Position numbers and translations under genes: made by a program. A DNA stretch of 64,000 nucleotides from Macrostomum lignano. Taxonomy: Eukaryota. The notes below the pieces were generated by a model that was given only the letters and a program-made list of their open reading frames with translations, was not told the origin of the DNA and searched no databases. Location: assembly GCA_002269645.1 (NCBI GenBank), contig NIVC01002778.1, forward strand, positions 1 through 64,000, written 5' to 3'. Positions 12,940-27,800 of the stretch are shown here, piece after piece (the first letter of the stretch is position 1; every line of letters begins with the position of its first letter).

Positions 12940-13375
12940 ATTAAAGGGAAGTGTAAGGTGACAGAAATGAGTGCCGGGTGACAGAAATGAGGATTGCAGG
13001 GTGACAGAAATGAAGAGTGAAGAGTGACAGAAGTGAGGAGTGGAGGGTGACAGAAGTGAGGAGGGGGACAGAAATGAGGAATGCAGAGTGACAGAAATGA
13101 GGATTGGAGAGTGACAGAACTGAGGAGTGGAGAGTGACAGAAATGAGGAGTGGACAGTGACAGAAATGAGGAGTGCAGAGTGACAGAAACGAGGAGTGGA
13201 GAGTGACAGAAATGAGGAGTGGAGAGTGACAGAAATGAGGAGTGGAGAGTGACAGAAATGAGGAGTGGAGAGTGACAGAAATGAGGAGTGGAGAGTGACA
13301 GAAATGAGGAGTGGAGAGTGACAGAAATGAGGAGTGGAGAGTGACAGAAATGAGGAGTGGAGAGTGACAGAATTT
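12940..13375. repeat. 23-bp minisatellite (GAGTGACAGAAATGAGGAGTGGA)
   Basis: Tandem units read directly. Confidence 0.92.
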
Positions 13376-14207
13376 AGTTTCTTTCAAACTCATTTGAACT
13401 ACTTTTAAAATCAGGAAAGTTGCTAATAATGTACCTGAGACAACGCTAACATGAGTTTAGTTAAGAACCTTGAAAACTTAGGTCATTGGTCACTATACAA
13501 CAAACCGGTTTTGGCCACTTTATAACCGGTTTCTGGCAATTTGTTTTGTTTATAGCAGCTACGTTCAATTTTTGTGAATCAGCCGTGTTTACCCGACTCT
13601 GTCATTGCTCACAGCCCATGATGTTAAACAAATGTAACAAAAATTGTTTAACACACTGAAGCTATCAAAACTTGTGCAATGTTTTTCATTAACCAGAATG
13701 GATGATATAATTTAAACAAAACAGACGACAACAATATTAACAATCCTCGAACAAAATTGTCTCACGACAAATTCAATTAAAGTTACTCAAAACTGGGAAT
13801 TACTCGTATAACTAGGCAGCTACAATGACCCCCTATAATGCATAATCGGGTTAAAGTCAGTCGCAATGCCCAGTCCAGCTTATCTCCTCGTGTTTCTATT
13901 GAATACGCAGCCAGTGCTGTACATGCCGCTGATAACGGATAAGACCGGAGCAGGCCGTGTAAAGCTGTCAAGGCCAAACGAGATAGCGGCAAGGGAAGAG
14001 AGCAGCCCAAGCCAGGTGGGCCGGCAGCAGAAGACTTGGAAGTTTCCGCCGCGCTCGCACGCGCAGTAGTGCAGTGCGGCATTGCTGTGCGGAGTTAGCA
14101 GGACTGGCTGCAAATTTCTCAATGCTTTGGGGGCCGGCGCAAGTCCTGCGTCACCAGTGGCCTTGCGCCAGGGCCGCGGAAATATTGTGAATGAAATTCT
14201 AGAAGAC

Positions 14208-14460
14208 TAGATTAGCAATCCATTCTATTCCTTAGTCCAACAACTGCGCATAGATTAGCAATCCATTCTATTCCTTAATCCAATGACTGCGCACAGATTA
14301 GCAATCCATTCTATTCCTTAATCCAATGACTGCGCACAGATTAGCAATCCATTCTATTCCTTAATCCAATGACTGCACACAGATTAGCAATCCATTCTAT
14401 TCCTTAATCCAATGCCTGCGCACAGATTAGCAATCCATTCTATTCCTTAAATCCCCGTTG
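14208..14460. repeat. 43-bp tandem repeat (AGATTAGCAATCCATTCTATTCCTTAATCCAATGACTGCGCAC)
   Basis: About 5-6 units. Confidence 0.9.
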
Positions 14461-15094
14461 ACTTGATTAGCAATCCAATTGATCCAGTCTAACAGTCACA
14501 CAAGCAGGCAAAATAACCGAACACCATGAAACCATAAACTGCAGATTAGTGTGCAATTAGTTGTTGTTTTCTTTGCTCACCCTGCGCAGTAGCATTTGGT
14601 AATAAACAAAGCTCAATATTTCTTTGTATTTATCTATATTAAATATGCAAGTGGGAAAAATCATAAATGAAAGCGAAAACTTGACTAGACGGAACTGCGG
14701 CAAACAGACTAGAAGCGGATATTAGTGCAGGCAACACTCTGGCAAAAGAAGCATCTGCGCTAGCTATGTATAACAAAAATATACAGAAATTGTTCAACTG
14801 CCAAGGTTTGAAGTATTGCAGTCAGGTTAATAAGTATAAATTATATAAACACCGAACTACAAGGCTTTAATATATTGAGCAATACGAAATAAGCCACGAC
14901 TGATTATTGATAAACGACGCGTGATAATTTATGAAGACAACTGCATTAACATGCTGAAACTTCAACTATCGAGAAATGCACAAGAAGTCGACCAGAGATA
15001 CACTTGATCGGCTGTTTATTAAACATTTTCTGATTTGGGGCCCTTAGAGTCAGCAAAGAGATATTTCGTAGTATGGGATCAGGACTAAACAATT

Positions 15095-15830
15095 TTCAAT
15101 TAGGGATTCCAGACTTCTCAAATAGGGATTACAGAATTCTCAATTAGAGATTTCCGGATTCTCAATTAGAGATTCCCGGATTCTCAATTAGGGATTCCAG
15201 AATTATCGATTAGAGATTCCAGGATTCTCAATTAGGGATTCCAGAATTCTCAATTAGAGATTCCAGGATTCTCAATTAGGGATTCCCGGATTCTAATTAG
15301 GGATTCCAGAATTATCGATTAGAGATTTCCGGATTCTCAATTAGGGATTCCAGAATTATCGATTAGAGATTTCCGGATTCTCAATTAGAGATTCCCGGAT
15401 TCTCAATTAGGGATTCCAGAATTATCGATTAGAGATTTCCGGATTCTCAATTAGGGATTCCAGAATTATCGATTAGAGATTTCCGGATTCTCAATTAGGG
15501 ATTCCCTGATTCTCAATTAGGGATTCCCGGATTCTCAATTAGGGATTCCCTGATTCTCAATGAAGGGAGATATGGTATCCAAGCAGACTTTAATTGATGA
15601 GATTTTGTATGTTAGGGATTCCAAAATTCTCAATTAGGGATTCCCTAATTCTCAATTAGGGATTCCAGAATTCTCAATTAGGGATTCCCGGATTCTCAAT
15701 TAGGGATTCCCTGATTCTCAATTAGGGATTCCCTGATTCTCAATTAGGGATTTCCTGATTCTCAATTAGGGATTCCAGAATTCTCAATTGGGGATTCCCG
15801 GATTGTCAATTAGAGATTCCAGAGTTTCAG
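15095..15830. repeat. ~21-22-bp minisatellite (GATTCTCAATTAGGGATTCCC...)
   Basis: Tandem units with variants, interrupted around 15560-15610. Confidence 0.88.
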
Positions 15831-15921
15831 AACGCATGAGGGAGCTATTTGCTGTCAGGACTCCAGAATTCCCTTTAGGATAAAAATCCCCATGCGAATG
15901 CCAGGGCGTGTCAGCCGGCAG

Positions 15922-16436
15922 TCACAACGCAGTCCGCTCAGGCTGCATGCAGGAGGCGTACGAAGGCGGCGAGGTGGTTGAGTTCTCCTCTATCCAGGGC
16001 GGCGTGGAGTCGCCGCCGCTACCTGTCGGCGCCAGCGCAGCCGCCGCAGCCGCAGCCGCCGAGCACGTGGAAACGGACGGGCCGGACTGGCGGGGGGAGC
16101 TCGCCACCTCCCGCTGCTCGAAGTCTTCGTCAGCGGCCGCCGCTGCTGCTGCGACAGCCGCCTGTGACGGCACCAGACGGCAGGAGCTCGGCGAGGAGGC
16201 CACGGGCGACTGGCAGCAGAGGCGGTACCGACAGCAGCACCGGGGTTGCCGACGCCGCCGCAGCACGGTGTCCAGCACCAGCAGGAACAGCACCAGCAGC
16301 CCAACGCACAGCACCACAACAAAGACCTGCGTCTGCGACAATTCTAAAGCATCCTTGACTGAGGCAGATGGAGCTGGGCTGGAAGTTTGAGGACTGCTCG
16401 GCTTGCCAGCTCCTGTGCAGTTGGTTGGGCTTGGCG
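15922..16436 (-). CDS. Terminal exon of a single-pass membrane protein (Ser/Pro stalk, TM helix, Cys-rich juxtamembrane, PPxY tail)
   Basis: After the acceptor CCCCTCCCCACAG the frame reads SPSPTNCTGAGKPSSPQTSSPAPSASVKDALELSQTQVFVVVLCVGLLVLFLLVLDTVLRRRRQPRCCCRYRLCC...PPSY...stop. No upstream exon found. Confidence 0.6.
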
Positions 16437-16764
16437 ACTGTGGGGAGGGGGTTACTCATTCTCAAGTCTAGACAGGTAATGTGCAATCACATCCATTGCA
16501 GAAAATGTGTGTGGTTTATTACAGACTTGAATACTTTAATCAATAAGCTGATATAAGCAAATTTATAGTTTAAGCAGCCTAGAAATGTAAGGTTAGATAT
16601 AATAAAAACAATAAAAACAAAATAATAAACTATTATTCTGTGAAAAAAGTATATAATAAACACTGTAACAATAATAGTGACAGTACTCATAACACATATA
16701 GTTTATTATACTATAGAATATACAGTAGATTTTATTTATAATTTGCTATTTTGAATTCAAAAAC

Positions 16765-17075
16765 AATAATAATAATAATATAATTGATTACACCTGCCCA
16801 ATGGGCAGATGTGCAACCGACAGCTCAGCCGCAGCTATTGCGCGGCGCATCTGAAGGCTGCGTACGGCTGTTCAGTCCAAGGACTGGGGGTCGCCACACA
16901 CACCCTCAATTACCCCAGCTAATGCTGGTACCCATTTTACAGCTGGGTAAACTGAAGCAACGCAGAGTTAAGTGTCTTGCTCAAGGACACAAATTGTTGC
17001 AGAGGGATCGGGAATCGAACCCCCGACCTTCAAGTCGTGAGTCCGACGCCCTAACCACTAGGCTACAACCCCCTA
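16765..17075 (-). mobile_element. tRNA-derived SINE with CORE-like central domain
   Basis: Minus strand has A box TAGCCTAGTGG, B box GGTTCGATTCC, a CORE/MIR-like GTGTCCTTGAGCAAGACACTTAAC...CTGTAAAATGGG segment and an (ATT)n tail. Confidence 0.8.
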
Positions 17076-18421
17076 GCCTACAACCCCCAAAAACAAGAAA
17101 CTAACATAAAATTAATTAAAAAACTAAATAAGTTAAACTAATTAGAATTCTAGTTTATATTTACTTTAGTTCTTATCAACATTAAGATTATATTAGCCTT
17201 TTATTAAAAATGGTAATACAAAACTATTTATTAATTGTTTTTTTGATGCCATATAAAACTAAACAGCATAGGCCATTGCCTATAGTTAAATACATAAATT
17301 CACAAAAATATCTAGGCAATATAAAACAATATAATAAGTATATAAAAAAATCTACTTAATTCATTATATTTAACAATCTATATAACTAAATTTAACTTGT
17401 ATATACATTAATGGGAATTAATTTTATACCAAAACTTAAAGTAGCAATTTTTTAAACCAAGAATCCACATAGTAGCATATAATAACTCTAAAAAAAGGCT
17501 TTTAGTTTTAGTATTATTTGAATGGCTATTTTAATAGTATGCGCAATACTTGAATCATTTATATTATTGCATTGCATCTAAAAATATTTACAATAATACT
17601 AAATACATTGCATAATTGTTAGTGAAGTTCTTTCTCTTGCAATATTGTTAGCATTCGCCATGACATGGGCCATGGCCATGGGGCAAGGGGCAGTAGGCAT
17701 GCTAGTAGCATACTACAGTTGCAACACAATGATTGTATTAAATTTGATAACAAAATAAATGATACAGTTATTGGAAATTAGATATTTAGTATAGGTGAAT
17801 AGGTAGACAAACTATTACAAGGAATCGATTCTTTAACCTTGTAGTACTACATAAAAATATCTATTTCTTCAGAGTGTCTCTTTAAATTTTCTCGTAAATT
17901 GCTCAATTTGAAAAGTTACCGCAGCACGAAATAAAACCAACTGGATACGAACTACTTACTGATTTATCGAAAAATGAAATGTGCACATAACTAAATGCGT
18001 TTATCGACAAAACTCAAAACAATGCTCAAGAAAAATATAAAATTTTATTGCTTAGAAAGCATACAATTTTATGGGAATTTTTATTATGCAAAAATACGCC
18101 GGATTTTGTGTGCCTGTTTTAAAAGGTTATAAGAAAATTTACGCTAAACATTAGTACTTAGTTATATACAAGTATCTTATTGCAGAAATTGCTAAGAAAA
18201 AACTATTTTATATTCTTTATATCTTTTTAATATTTGATAATTTGCTACGAACTTCTTGTTAATTGACCTATTTTTCTTCTATATATACGTGTGCGCTTTT
18301 GCTGAAACAAAATTGTCTTACTTGCTTTCTCCTCCACAGTTAGCACGCCAGCTTGTTTATTGCTCTAAGCGCCAATCTGCATATCTTTTCGTAAACTCCA
18401 CTTACAACATATCAAAACGAA

Positions 18422-20170
<1,749 letters not shown>

Positions 20171-20924
20171 GCTTCAGGTTGATCTCTTCAGCTCGAATTC
20201 GGAGCCTCAATCGTGACACTCAATAAATCATAAAATAGTTTTTTTACGCGTTCAAGTGCGCTTTGATAATTATTAATGTTTAGTTGGTATTTTAGTCAAA
20301 ACAAAACAAACAAACCTTGAAAACAAAACCATTATTCACATCTTGCGGTCCTGTCAGACAGTGTCATTCCAGCTGCTTAAAACACTAGTTGTCCCTTATA
20401 TCTCATGCGCATCAATATTTCCTAGTTAACTATCAAACCAGGTGTTGCGTCGCTTAAATTTGCTTATTAGCGTAGGCAGCACAGAATGCGCGCTTTTGTT
20501 TTCAACGGTGTTTTAAACTGTTTACTCAGCCGACTTGCAATTGGCCTTCGGGCTGTGTAGCTTTCTCAATAATTGTTTCTGTTATTATTATTAATACTCG
20601 TTACTTTTGTGGTTGCGCATCTTGACTGGCGTGAATAACTGCTTGATTAAATAAATTTTCATCGATGCACTCTGGATATTGTGACCAGCAAAGATTAATT
20701 TCGCCTGTGCTCGATATTAAAGACAACTTGTGCGATTTATTATTCAGTTCTGTAAGTGTGCGACTTTTTTCCTGAAATCTGGGCGCCATAATAACAGTTT
20801 TCTATCGGGTTCCAAATTTTACATCAGAAGAATGGTAAACACAAAGGTAGTTTGATGCAAGTTCGTGTTTACATGTGGAGGTTGCATGGAGTTTACTGCC
20901 TATAGAAAAATGTACATGTACATG

Positions 20925-21195
20925 TATAGTGCATTGTTAGAGCATCGGACTCACGATTAGGAAGGTCTGACCGGGGTTCTATCGATTCTCGACCCACTCG
21001 GAACAGTTGCGGTGAGCAAGACAAACTCTACATTTCTTCTGCAGTTCACCCAGGGTCAACTAAAACCGCACTAAAAATCGGTTTGAGTGTTTTTGTTCAC
21101 CCATGATCTGTAAAATTGGCACCACCAGCAATAGCTGTCGATTGCATGTCTGCCCATTGGGGCAGGTGTAATCAGTAGTTATTATTTATTATTGG
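20925..21195 (+). mobile_element. Diverged copy of the same tRNA/CORE-like SINE family
   Basis: Shares GCATCGGACTCACGA, GAGCAAGACA, CTGTAAAATTGG and the 3' end GCTGTCGATTGCATGTCTGCCCATTGGGGCAGGTGTAATCA with the 16765-17075 copy. Confidence 0.7.
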
Positions 21196-21594
21196 CTTTA
21201 GCAATTTAATGTACATGTACATAAATGTATAGCGTACAATATAGTAGTCATGGAGGTCGCTCGATGATGTCGTCGCAAGGTAGCAAGGTCAGCATCGTTT
21301 ATTACCATTATTATATTAGTAGTCCTTAGTACCGGCGCTCTTGTTTCACGTCTCTTGTTTGTTTTGTTTAAATTTGCATTGTTGGGAACTTAGTACATAC
21401 AAACACCGGCGCACTTGTTGGTCTTGCGATTTTAAAGACATAGAAGTTTAAGAACTAAGAGTTTTATCAGAGTATTTTTTTATTATACGTACTCAAATTT
21501 TTGAATTGTAGTACTTGTGAGTAATTTTTTTATTTTAGTCGAAAATGTTGTTTTTATTTTTGTACGGCTTGTGCATCATTGTTTAAGTTGGGTC

Positions 21595-21963
21595 CCCCTA
21601 AAACACGCACCGCACCGCCCCGAACCGCTACACGTTATAACATTTTTTGTCAATGCAGTATTTGATTGCAAAGAAAACTATTTGTTGTAAGAGTAATGGA
21701 ATAAATATCTTTAATTATTATTATAAATATTATTATTATTTTTTATATTCTCGTTTTCATTATTAAATTATATTCTCATTATTTTATTAATATTATTATT
21801 AATATCACTTATTATTCACCAAATTTTATATTTTATAGTAAAAAAACTGAATTTAATAAAAACTTTGAATTTTAACAGAAAACGCATTTTGAAGTGTCTT
21901 CAGTTATAGTCCAATTTGTTTTAATGTGTAGCGCTGCAGGGCGGTGCGGGGCGTGTTTTAGGG
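21595..21963. mobile_element. MITE-like element with ~45-bp terminal inverted repeats
   Basis: CCCTAAAACACGCACCGCACCGCCCCGAACCGCTACAC is the near reverse complement of GTGTAGCGCTGCAGGGCGGTGCGGGGCGTGTTTTAGGG, enclosing an AT-rich core. Confidence 0.6.
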
Positions 21964-22608
21964 CAGCCCGTTTAAATTCAGTTTTTTGTGTGGAAAAATT
22001 ATCATTTTAATGTGATTTTAATAACTCTACTAATTACTGATGATGTTAGCTGTAATGTTTGCTGTATCATGCGTCCAACATTCAAAAGCAGCAGTACTAC
22101 ATTATTAGGCCTAGGCCTAGCCTATTCCAGACTAGATATATATTAAAGATCCTCAATTTACCAGTCCTCAATTTATTGACTATCTTATATCTATAACTAT
22201 CTATAACTTTAAGACTATAACTATAACTATAACTATTGACCCAGCAGGAATATCTAATATAAGTGTTTGTAGGTTGTTTAACAATAGGCCCCTAATTCCT
22301 TTGGAATTTTCTGACTGTAGTTTCAGATCCTAGTTAGAAAATATCACTCATTATTGACTAGATAGGCCTAGTCTAAAAGATACTCAATCTTTATGTCTTA
22401 ATTCCTAATGTAACTCAATTTTGATCAAAGAAAGCTATTTTAACAATCAATAGAAACTCAAAATGAAAAAAGTATGCAACTTACAAAGAAAATGAAAGTA
22501 AAGCAAATAAAAAACATTCTATATATAAAAATGAATGCTTTATAGTTTAGTAAAAGTCTATTTCTAAAAGTGTATACAAAGGATATCCAGCAAAATATAG
22601 GACAGGTG

Positions 22609-23050
22609 CTAGGCTGGCAGTTTTTATTTGTCCAGTGACCAGACAAATAGCGATGTGGTTATTTGTCCGGTTACTGGATAATGGCTATGCTTTCTTATTC
22701 ATCTGGTTAATACCGGACAAATAGGCTTTTTATTATTTGACTGGTTAAATTGATAATGCTAAAATATCTATTTTATAGAAACTACAATGGTGATCCTAGA
22801 CTTCAAAGACTTCTTACTCATATCTTGATTATTATATTGTTATACTAGTGTTTGTCTTATTCACCAAATTATGCCAAATTGAATACACTGCTTTTCTTAT
22901 ACATGTACTACTAGTATACAACAAAATATTAATCAATATACATGAAAAGGTCTTAAAAATCTAGAATATTCATCAGTAAGCAATTTAACTGGACAAATAG
23001 TAAAAAGGCTATTTGTCCGGTCACCAGACAAATAACAACTGCCATGCTAG
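22609..23050. mobile_element. hAT-like MITE
   Basis: CTAGGCTGGCAGTTTTTATTTGTCCAGTGACCAGACAAATAGC matches the reverse complement of the 23005-23050 end; internal ATTTGTCC/GGACAAAT sub-terminal repeats. Confidence 0.55.
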
Positions 23051-23577
23051 GCCCTTTATATTTTAAACAAACACCTGAACACCTTTTTTTGTTAGGACAT
23101 TATCAACCATTGGCACCCACTGCTTGGATTGGTTTTTGGTTTCTATATTTACATAGTAAAGCCATATTTTATCAGCAGTGATTATTCCCTTTAGAAAGCC
23201 TAACTCACTTTGTATTATGCAAAAGAAATCCTACTCCTAAGCATAGCATATGCAGTCCTTGCAGTTTTCTTCTGAGCAAGTAAGACACCCATGTCCACCT
23301 AGCTAAAACATGCTTGAGCTACAAGTCATGGACTATAATCTTATGATATTGATGTCTTACTCAATTAGACAAACACAAACATAAGCAATAATCTCAATGT
23401 TTGTTGGGGTTGGGGTCCTGACAGTTAAGTCTTTGTTCTTTCTGTTTATCAGAACCATTGTGGTCAGAAGGTAGTTGGTTATAGGTATAATAAAATATAA
23501 TTGCCAACTTTAATCATAATATACCCAATGATAAGAATGAGGCCCAAATTCAGGCCAGGCCCAAATGCCTGATTTTT

Positions 23578-23767
23578 TAGTGGCAAATCCTGGGGGGGGG
23601 GGCAGGGAGCCATGGTCCCCCCTCCTCAGCTGCCTAAAAAAAATTCTGCTCTTGGCCTTTGGCCCCCTTTAAGTGAAGAAAAGGCTTGGGCCTTGGGGTG
23701 GGTTCCTACTTGGGGCAGTATGAAAAAAGTTGGCCCCCTCCTCAAGAAATTCCTGGATCTGCGCCTG
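23578..23767. mobile_element. Short non-autonomous TIR element
   Basis: Ends TAGTGGCAAATCCTGG and CCTGGATCTGCGCCTG are imperfect inverted repeats with G/C runs inside. Confidence 0.4.
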
Positions 23768-24870
23768 TGATTTTTGTAGGGTGGCTTAAATTTCTATATA
23801 TCTAATTGCCTAGATTTTTTGCCAATTGGTATTCTTTATTGACTAAGATACCTTCACAGATGCCTTTTTATTATTATTTGACCATTCATCTGTAGTACTG
23901 ACATTGACTTCTAAAAGCATGGCTCATTCTTACTCTTTTGTCTTTTTAATTTTTTGTGTTAGATTCACTAAATTTTATTACTTTAGGCCACATGTTGGCA
24001 AATTTTTTTGCCTCTTAAGCTAGATAGCAAACCTGATGCATGACTGTAAGCCATGCAGAGGATGTGGAAAAGTAATGTAATAAATATAAAAAAGGTAAAT
24101 TAAATGTAATAAAGGAAATAGCTAGGAGAAAGGCAAGGTGACGAAATAAGGGAAGAAAGGAGACAAGAAGAGAAGATAAGGGAGTAGAGAGAAAATGGAT
24201 TAGAGAGGATATTAGAAAGCAAACAAAATTTGAGTGGACTAGATTGCTTTTGTAAAGTTTCAAAGGACCCAAGGGCCAGATAAATAGGCTTTGTATATAG
24301 GCTGCATGTTGCCTATAGGCCAGAGTTTGCCAACCCTTGCTTTCAGTGAAATATATAAGAGAAGTGAAACTATGCAACAATAGATTTTTGTAGACATTGT
24401 TTAGTAAATATTTATTTTAATATTTGTTTATTACTCATAATTTTTTTGTTTTAAGCCTGCAAAAAAATAAATTCTCTAATACAGTTTCTCTGTAGGCAAA
24501 ATAACTAAGGCTTGAAAGTGGTAATTCATATTAGCTTTGCTATTGAATGCCAAGAAATCAGAAAAAGTTGTTTATTAGCTGAGTTTGCCTGGTGTATATT
24601 TATAGACAATAATGGTGTTCTAGGAATTTCTCTTATTTTGTCATAGAAATTTGCAGAAAAATGAAAAAATATCATGACTTAATTTGGAAATTTTTACTAA
24701 TATGGGATGTGCAAAGGTAACAAAAGTTAATTTTGTACTACTTACAAAACTGTTGCTAAGAGTAGTGCATGAGACATCTGTCAATACTTCATGTCTTCCC
24801 CATTGAACACATGCCGGCCCCGACTGAGTGACTGACTATCACAGAGTTCAGCGAGCTACACTTCGCGGCC

Positions 24871-27800
24871 ATGTCAACGCCAACAACTGAGAAGTCGGCG
24901 CCGACTCCCCGCACCCGGCCTCAGGCAGCTGCCGGCGGCGGCTCGGCAGTCAGCCGGATGACTCAGCTGCTGGAGACTCGGGCCGGCGGAGCGTCCGCCA
25001 TCATCGAGCTGGACGAAGCCGGACAAGGCGGCGAATCGCCCGACGCCGGTGGATCGCAAACGCCGGCTAAGCCTCGGCCGGCGCCGCGGAAGCAGCAATC
25101 GGAGGGCGCCAAGCAGCAGCAGGGCTCAAAGCATACCAGTCTGCACCACACTGTGGCGGGCGGCTCCTCAATGGACAGCGGCTTCCTGCGGCAGTTGGAG
25201 AATTCCATTAAAACTCAACGCGGGCCTGAGGTGAGAAAGGCTAAGCTTAGGGTCTAATTATTAAGATAATTACTGCTTCTATGTTATACTCACTATTGTT
25301 TAGAATGGCATTGCGTTTTGGAAAGCATTTTTAGTATCTTTTTATTCTTTGCTTCAGTCAAAGTGCTTCAAATTTTTTACTGAATTCCCAGATCCCTCAT
25401 CAGATCCACCAGGTGTCTCTTCCCGAATTCTCAGATCCCTCATTAGATCCACCAGGTGTCTCTTCCCGAATTCCCAGATCCCTCATTAGATCCACCAGGT
25501 GTCTCTTCCCGAGTTCCCAGATCCCTCATTAGATCCACCAGGTGTCTCTTCCCGAGTTCCCAGATCCCTCATTAGATCCACCAGGTGTCTCTTCCCGAGT
25601 TCCCAGATCCCTCATTAGATCCACCAGGTGTCTCTTCCCGAGTTCCCAGATCCCTCATTAGATCCACCAGGTGTCTCCCCGAATTCCCAGATCCCTCACC
25701 AGTTCCATCAGGTGTCTCTTCCCGAATTCCCAGACCCCTCACCAGTTCCATCAGGTGTCTCTTCCCGAATTCCCAGATCCCTCACCAGTTCCACCAGGTG
25801 TCTCCCCGAATTCCCAGATCCCTCCCAGACCCCTCACCAGTTCCATCAGGTGTCTCCCCGAATTCCCAGTTCCCTCACCAGTTCCATCAGGTGTCTCTCC
25901 CCGATTTCCCAGATCCCTCACCAGTTCCATCAGGTGTCTCCCCGAATTCCCAGATCCCTCACCAGTTCCATCAGGTGTCTCCTCGATCTCCCAGATCCCT
26001 CACCAGTTCCATTAGGTGTCTCCCCGAATTCCCAGATCCCTCCCAGACCCCTCACCAGTTCCATCAGGTGTCTCCCCAAATTCCCAGTTCCCTCACCAGT
26101 TCCATCAGGTGTCTCTTCCCGAATTCCCAGATCCCTCACCAGTTCCACCAGGTGTCTCTTCCCGAATTCCCAGATCCCTCACCAGATCCACCAGGTGTCT
26201 TCCCGATTTACCAGATCCCTCACCAGTTCCACCAGGTGTCTCTTCCCGAATTCCCAGACCCCTCATCAGTTCCACCAGGTGTCTCTTCCCGAATTCCCAG
26301 ATCCCTCACCAGTTCCATCAGGTGTCTCTTCCCGAATTCCCAGACCCCTCATCAGTTCCACCAGGTGTCTCTTCCCGAATTCCCAGATCCCTCACCAGTT
26401 CCATCAGGTGTCTCTTCCCGAATTCCCAGACCCCTCACCAGTTCCATCAGGTGTCTGTTCCCGAATTCCTAGATCCCTCCCAGACCCCTCACCAGTTCCA
26501 TCAGGTGTCTGTTCCCTAATTCCCAGATCCCTCACAGATCCCTCACCAGCTCCATCAGGTGTCTGTTCCCGAATTCCCAGATCCCTCACCAGTTCCACCA
26601 GGTGTCTCTTCCCGAATTCCCAGACCCCTCATCAGTTCCACCAGGTGTCTCTTCCCGAATTCCCAGATCCCTCACCAGTTCCATCAGGTGTCTCCCCGAA
26701 TTCCCAGATCCCTCACCAGATCCATCAGGTGTCTCCCCGATTTCCCAGATCCCTCACCAGTTCCATCAGGTGTCTCCCCGAATTCCCAGATCCCTCACCA
26801 GATCCATCAGGTGTCTCCCCGATTTCCCAGATCCCTCACCAGTTCCATCAGGTGTCTCCCCGAATTCCCAGATCCCTCACCAGTTCCATCAGGTGTCTCC
26901 TCGATCTCCCAGATCCCTCACCAGTTCCATTAGGTGTCTCCCCGAATTCCCAGATCCCTCCCAGACCCCTCACCAGTTCCATCAGGTGTCTCCCCAAATT
27001 CCCAGTTCCCTCACCAGTTCCATCAGGTGTCTCTTCCCGAATTCCCAGATCCCTCACCAGTTCCACCAGGTGTCTCCCCGAATTCCCAGATCCCTCACCA
27101 GTTCCACCAGGTGTCTCCCCAAATTCCCAGTTCCCTCACCAGTTCCATCAGGTGTCTCTTCCCGAATTCCCAGATCCCTCACCAGTTCCTTCAGGTGTCT
27201 CCCCGAATTCCCAGATCCCTCACCAGTTCTACCAGGTGTCTCCCCGAATTCCCAGATCCCTCACCAGTTCCATTAGGTGTCTCCCCGAATTCCCAGATCC
27301 CTCCCAGACCCCTCACCAGTTCCATCAGGTGTCTCCCCGAATTCCCAGTTCCCTCACCAGTTCCACCAGGTGTCTCCCCGAATTCCCAGATCCCTCACCA
27401 GTTCCATCAGGTGTCTCTTCCCGAATTCCCAGATCCCTCACCAGTTCCATCAGGTGTCTCTTCCCGAATTCCCAGATCCCTCACCAGTTCCACCAGGTGT
27501 CTGTTCCCGAATTCCCAGTTCCCTCACCAGTTCCATCAGGTGTCTCTTCCCGAATTCCCAGATCCCTCACCAGTTCCATCAGGTGTCTCCCCGAATTCCC
27601 AGATCCCTCACCAGTTCTACCAGGTGTCTCCCCGAATTCCCAGATCCCTCACCAGTTCCATTAGGTGTCTCCCCGAATTCCCAGATCCCTCCCAGACCCC
27701 TCACCAGTTCCATCAGGTGTCTCCCCGAATTCCCAGTTCCCTCACCAGTTCCACCAGGTGTCTCCCCGAATTCCCAGATCCCTCACCAGTTCCATCAGGT

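Noticed and set aside
17005-17075. Functional tRNA gene
   Set aside because: The anticodon and acceptor stems pair poorly and the sequence continues into a SINE body.
20601-20789. First exon of the 16436 membrane-protein exon
   Set aside because: Its donor is phase 2 whereas the 16436 acceptor needs phase 0; the join gives an early stop.
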